Below, in pieces: positions 34,827 through 35,031 of a stretch of DNA of 35,031 nucleotides (positions within the stretch are counted from its first letter, which is position 1; every line of letters starts with the position of its first letter). The position numbers and the translations under genes were made by a program. The DNA is from a virus (lineage: Duplodnaviria > Caudoviricetes): positions 1-35,031 of the IMG/VR virus record IMGVR_UViG_3300033067_001100, one strand, 5' to 3'. The notes under the pieces were generated by a model that was not told the origin of the DNA, did not search any database, and saw nothing but the letters and a program-made list of their open reading frames with translations.

Positions 34827-35031
34827 CCTCATCCTTCACTTCATTGGTGATGGCCAGCAGCTTTTGCACCTTGTCTTCCAAGCTGCGCACCTTCATTTCT
34901 GCATCGGAGCGGGTCTTGGAGATTTCCTTGCGCAAGGAATCGACCTTGTTGGCGACCATCATGCTTTCCATGGTGGCCGCGTTCATGACCATGTTGGCCG
35001 TGGCGATGTTGGTTTGTTCGGTGGTGGTGAT
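34822..35031 (-). CDS. Chimeric 72-aa ORF starting at base 9 across the junction (RecT N-terminal 28 aa plus a coiled-coil tail)
   Basis: MNAITTTEQTNIATANMVMNAATMESMM-VANKVDSLRKEISKTRSDAEMKVRSLEDKVQKLLAITNEVKDEA*. Confidence 0.55.
   Translation of the reverse strand: MTTTEQTNIATANMVMNAATMESMMVANKVDSLRKEISKTRSDAEMKVRSLEDKVQKLLAITNEVKDEA
34957..35031. repeat. Left part of direct repeat copy 2
   Basis: Matches 34644-34718 with 1 mismatch. Confidence 0.95.

Larger units (their letters stand above)
1..35031. mobile_element. P22-like phage genome, apparently complete and circular
   Basis: Full head, tail, lysis, replication and recombination gene set in lambdoid order. The last bases (...ggtggtggtgat) read straight into base 1 (ggcgttcat), matching the internal copy at 34707-34727. 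Confidence 0.9.

Noticed and set aside
1-35031. tRNA or rRNA genes
   Set aside because: No cloverleaf or rRNA-like sequence noticed by eye; intergenic spaces are short.

Overview
The window looks like a complete, circularly closing ~35 kb genome of a P22-like (podovirus-type, lambdoid-organised) phage, probably of a betaproteobacterial host (inference). The plus strand carries cro, replication genes, RusA, terminases, portal, scaffold, coat, head-tail and ejection proteins, a beta-helix tailspike and lysis genes (1973-25534). The minus strand carries the early-left operon (RecT, YqaJ exonuclease, HD protein, two DUF1566 proteins, HNH, small ORFs). Main observations: (1) three DNA-methyltransferase genes, each bounded by integron-type attC sites with self-complementary cassette ends, oriented opposite to the attC top strand, with no integron integrase in the window; (2) two DUF1566 genes whose 3' ends differ only at codon positions 1-2, the signature of DGR variable repeats, yet no template repeat or reverse transcriptase is present; (3) a CI repressor truncated by an apparent deletion into a P63C-like gene, and no integrase; (4) a three-gene cassette flanked by 25-bp inverted repeats in the immunity region; (5) a 183-bp duplication across the window ends that creates a chimeric RecT-N-terminus gene. 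All product calls come from motif recognition and synteny, not database searches.
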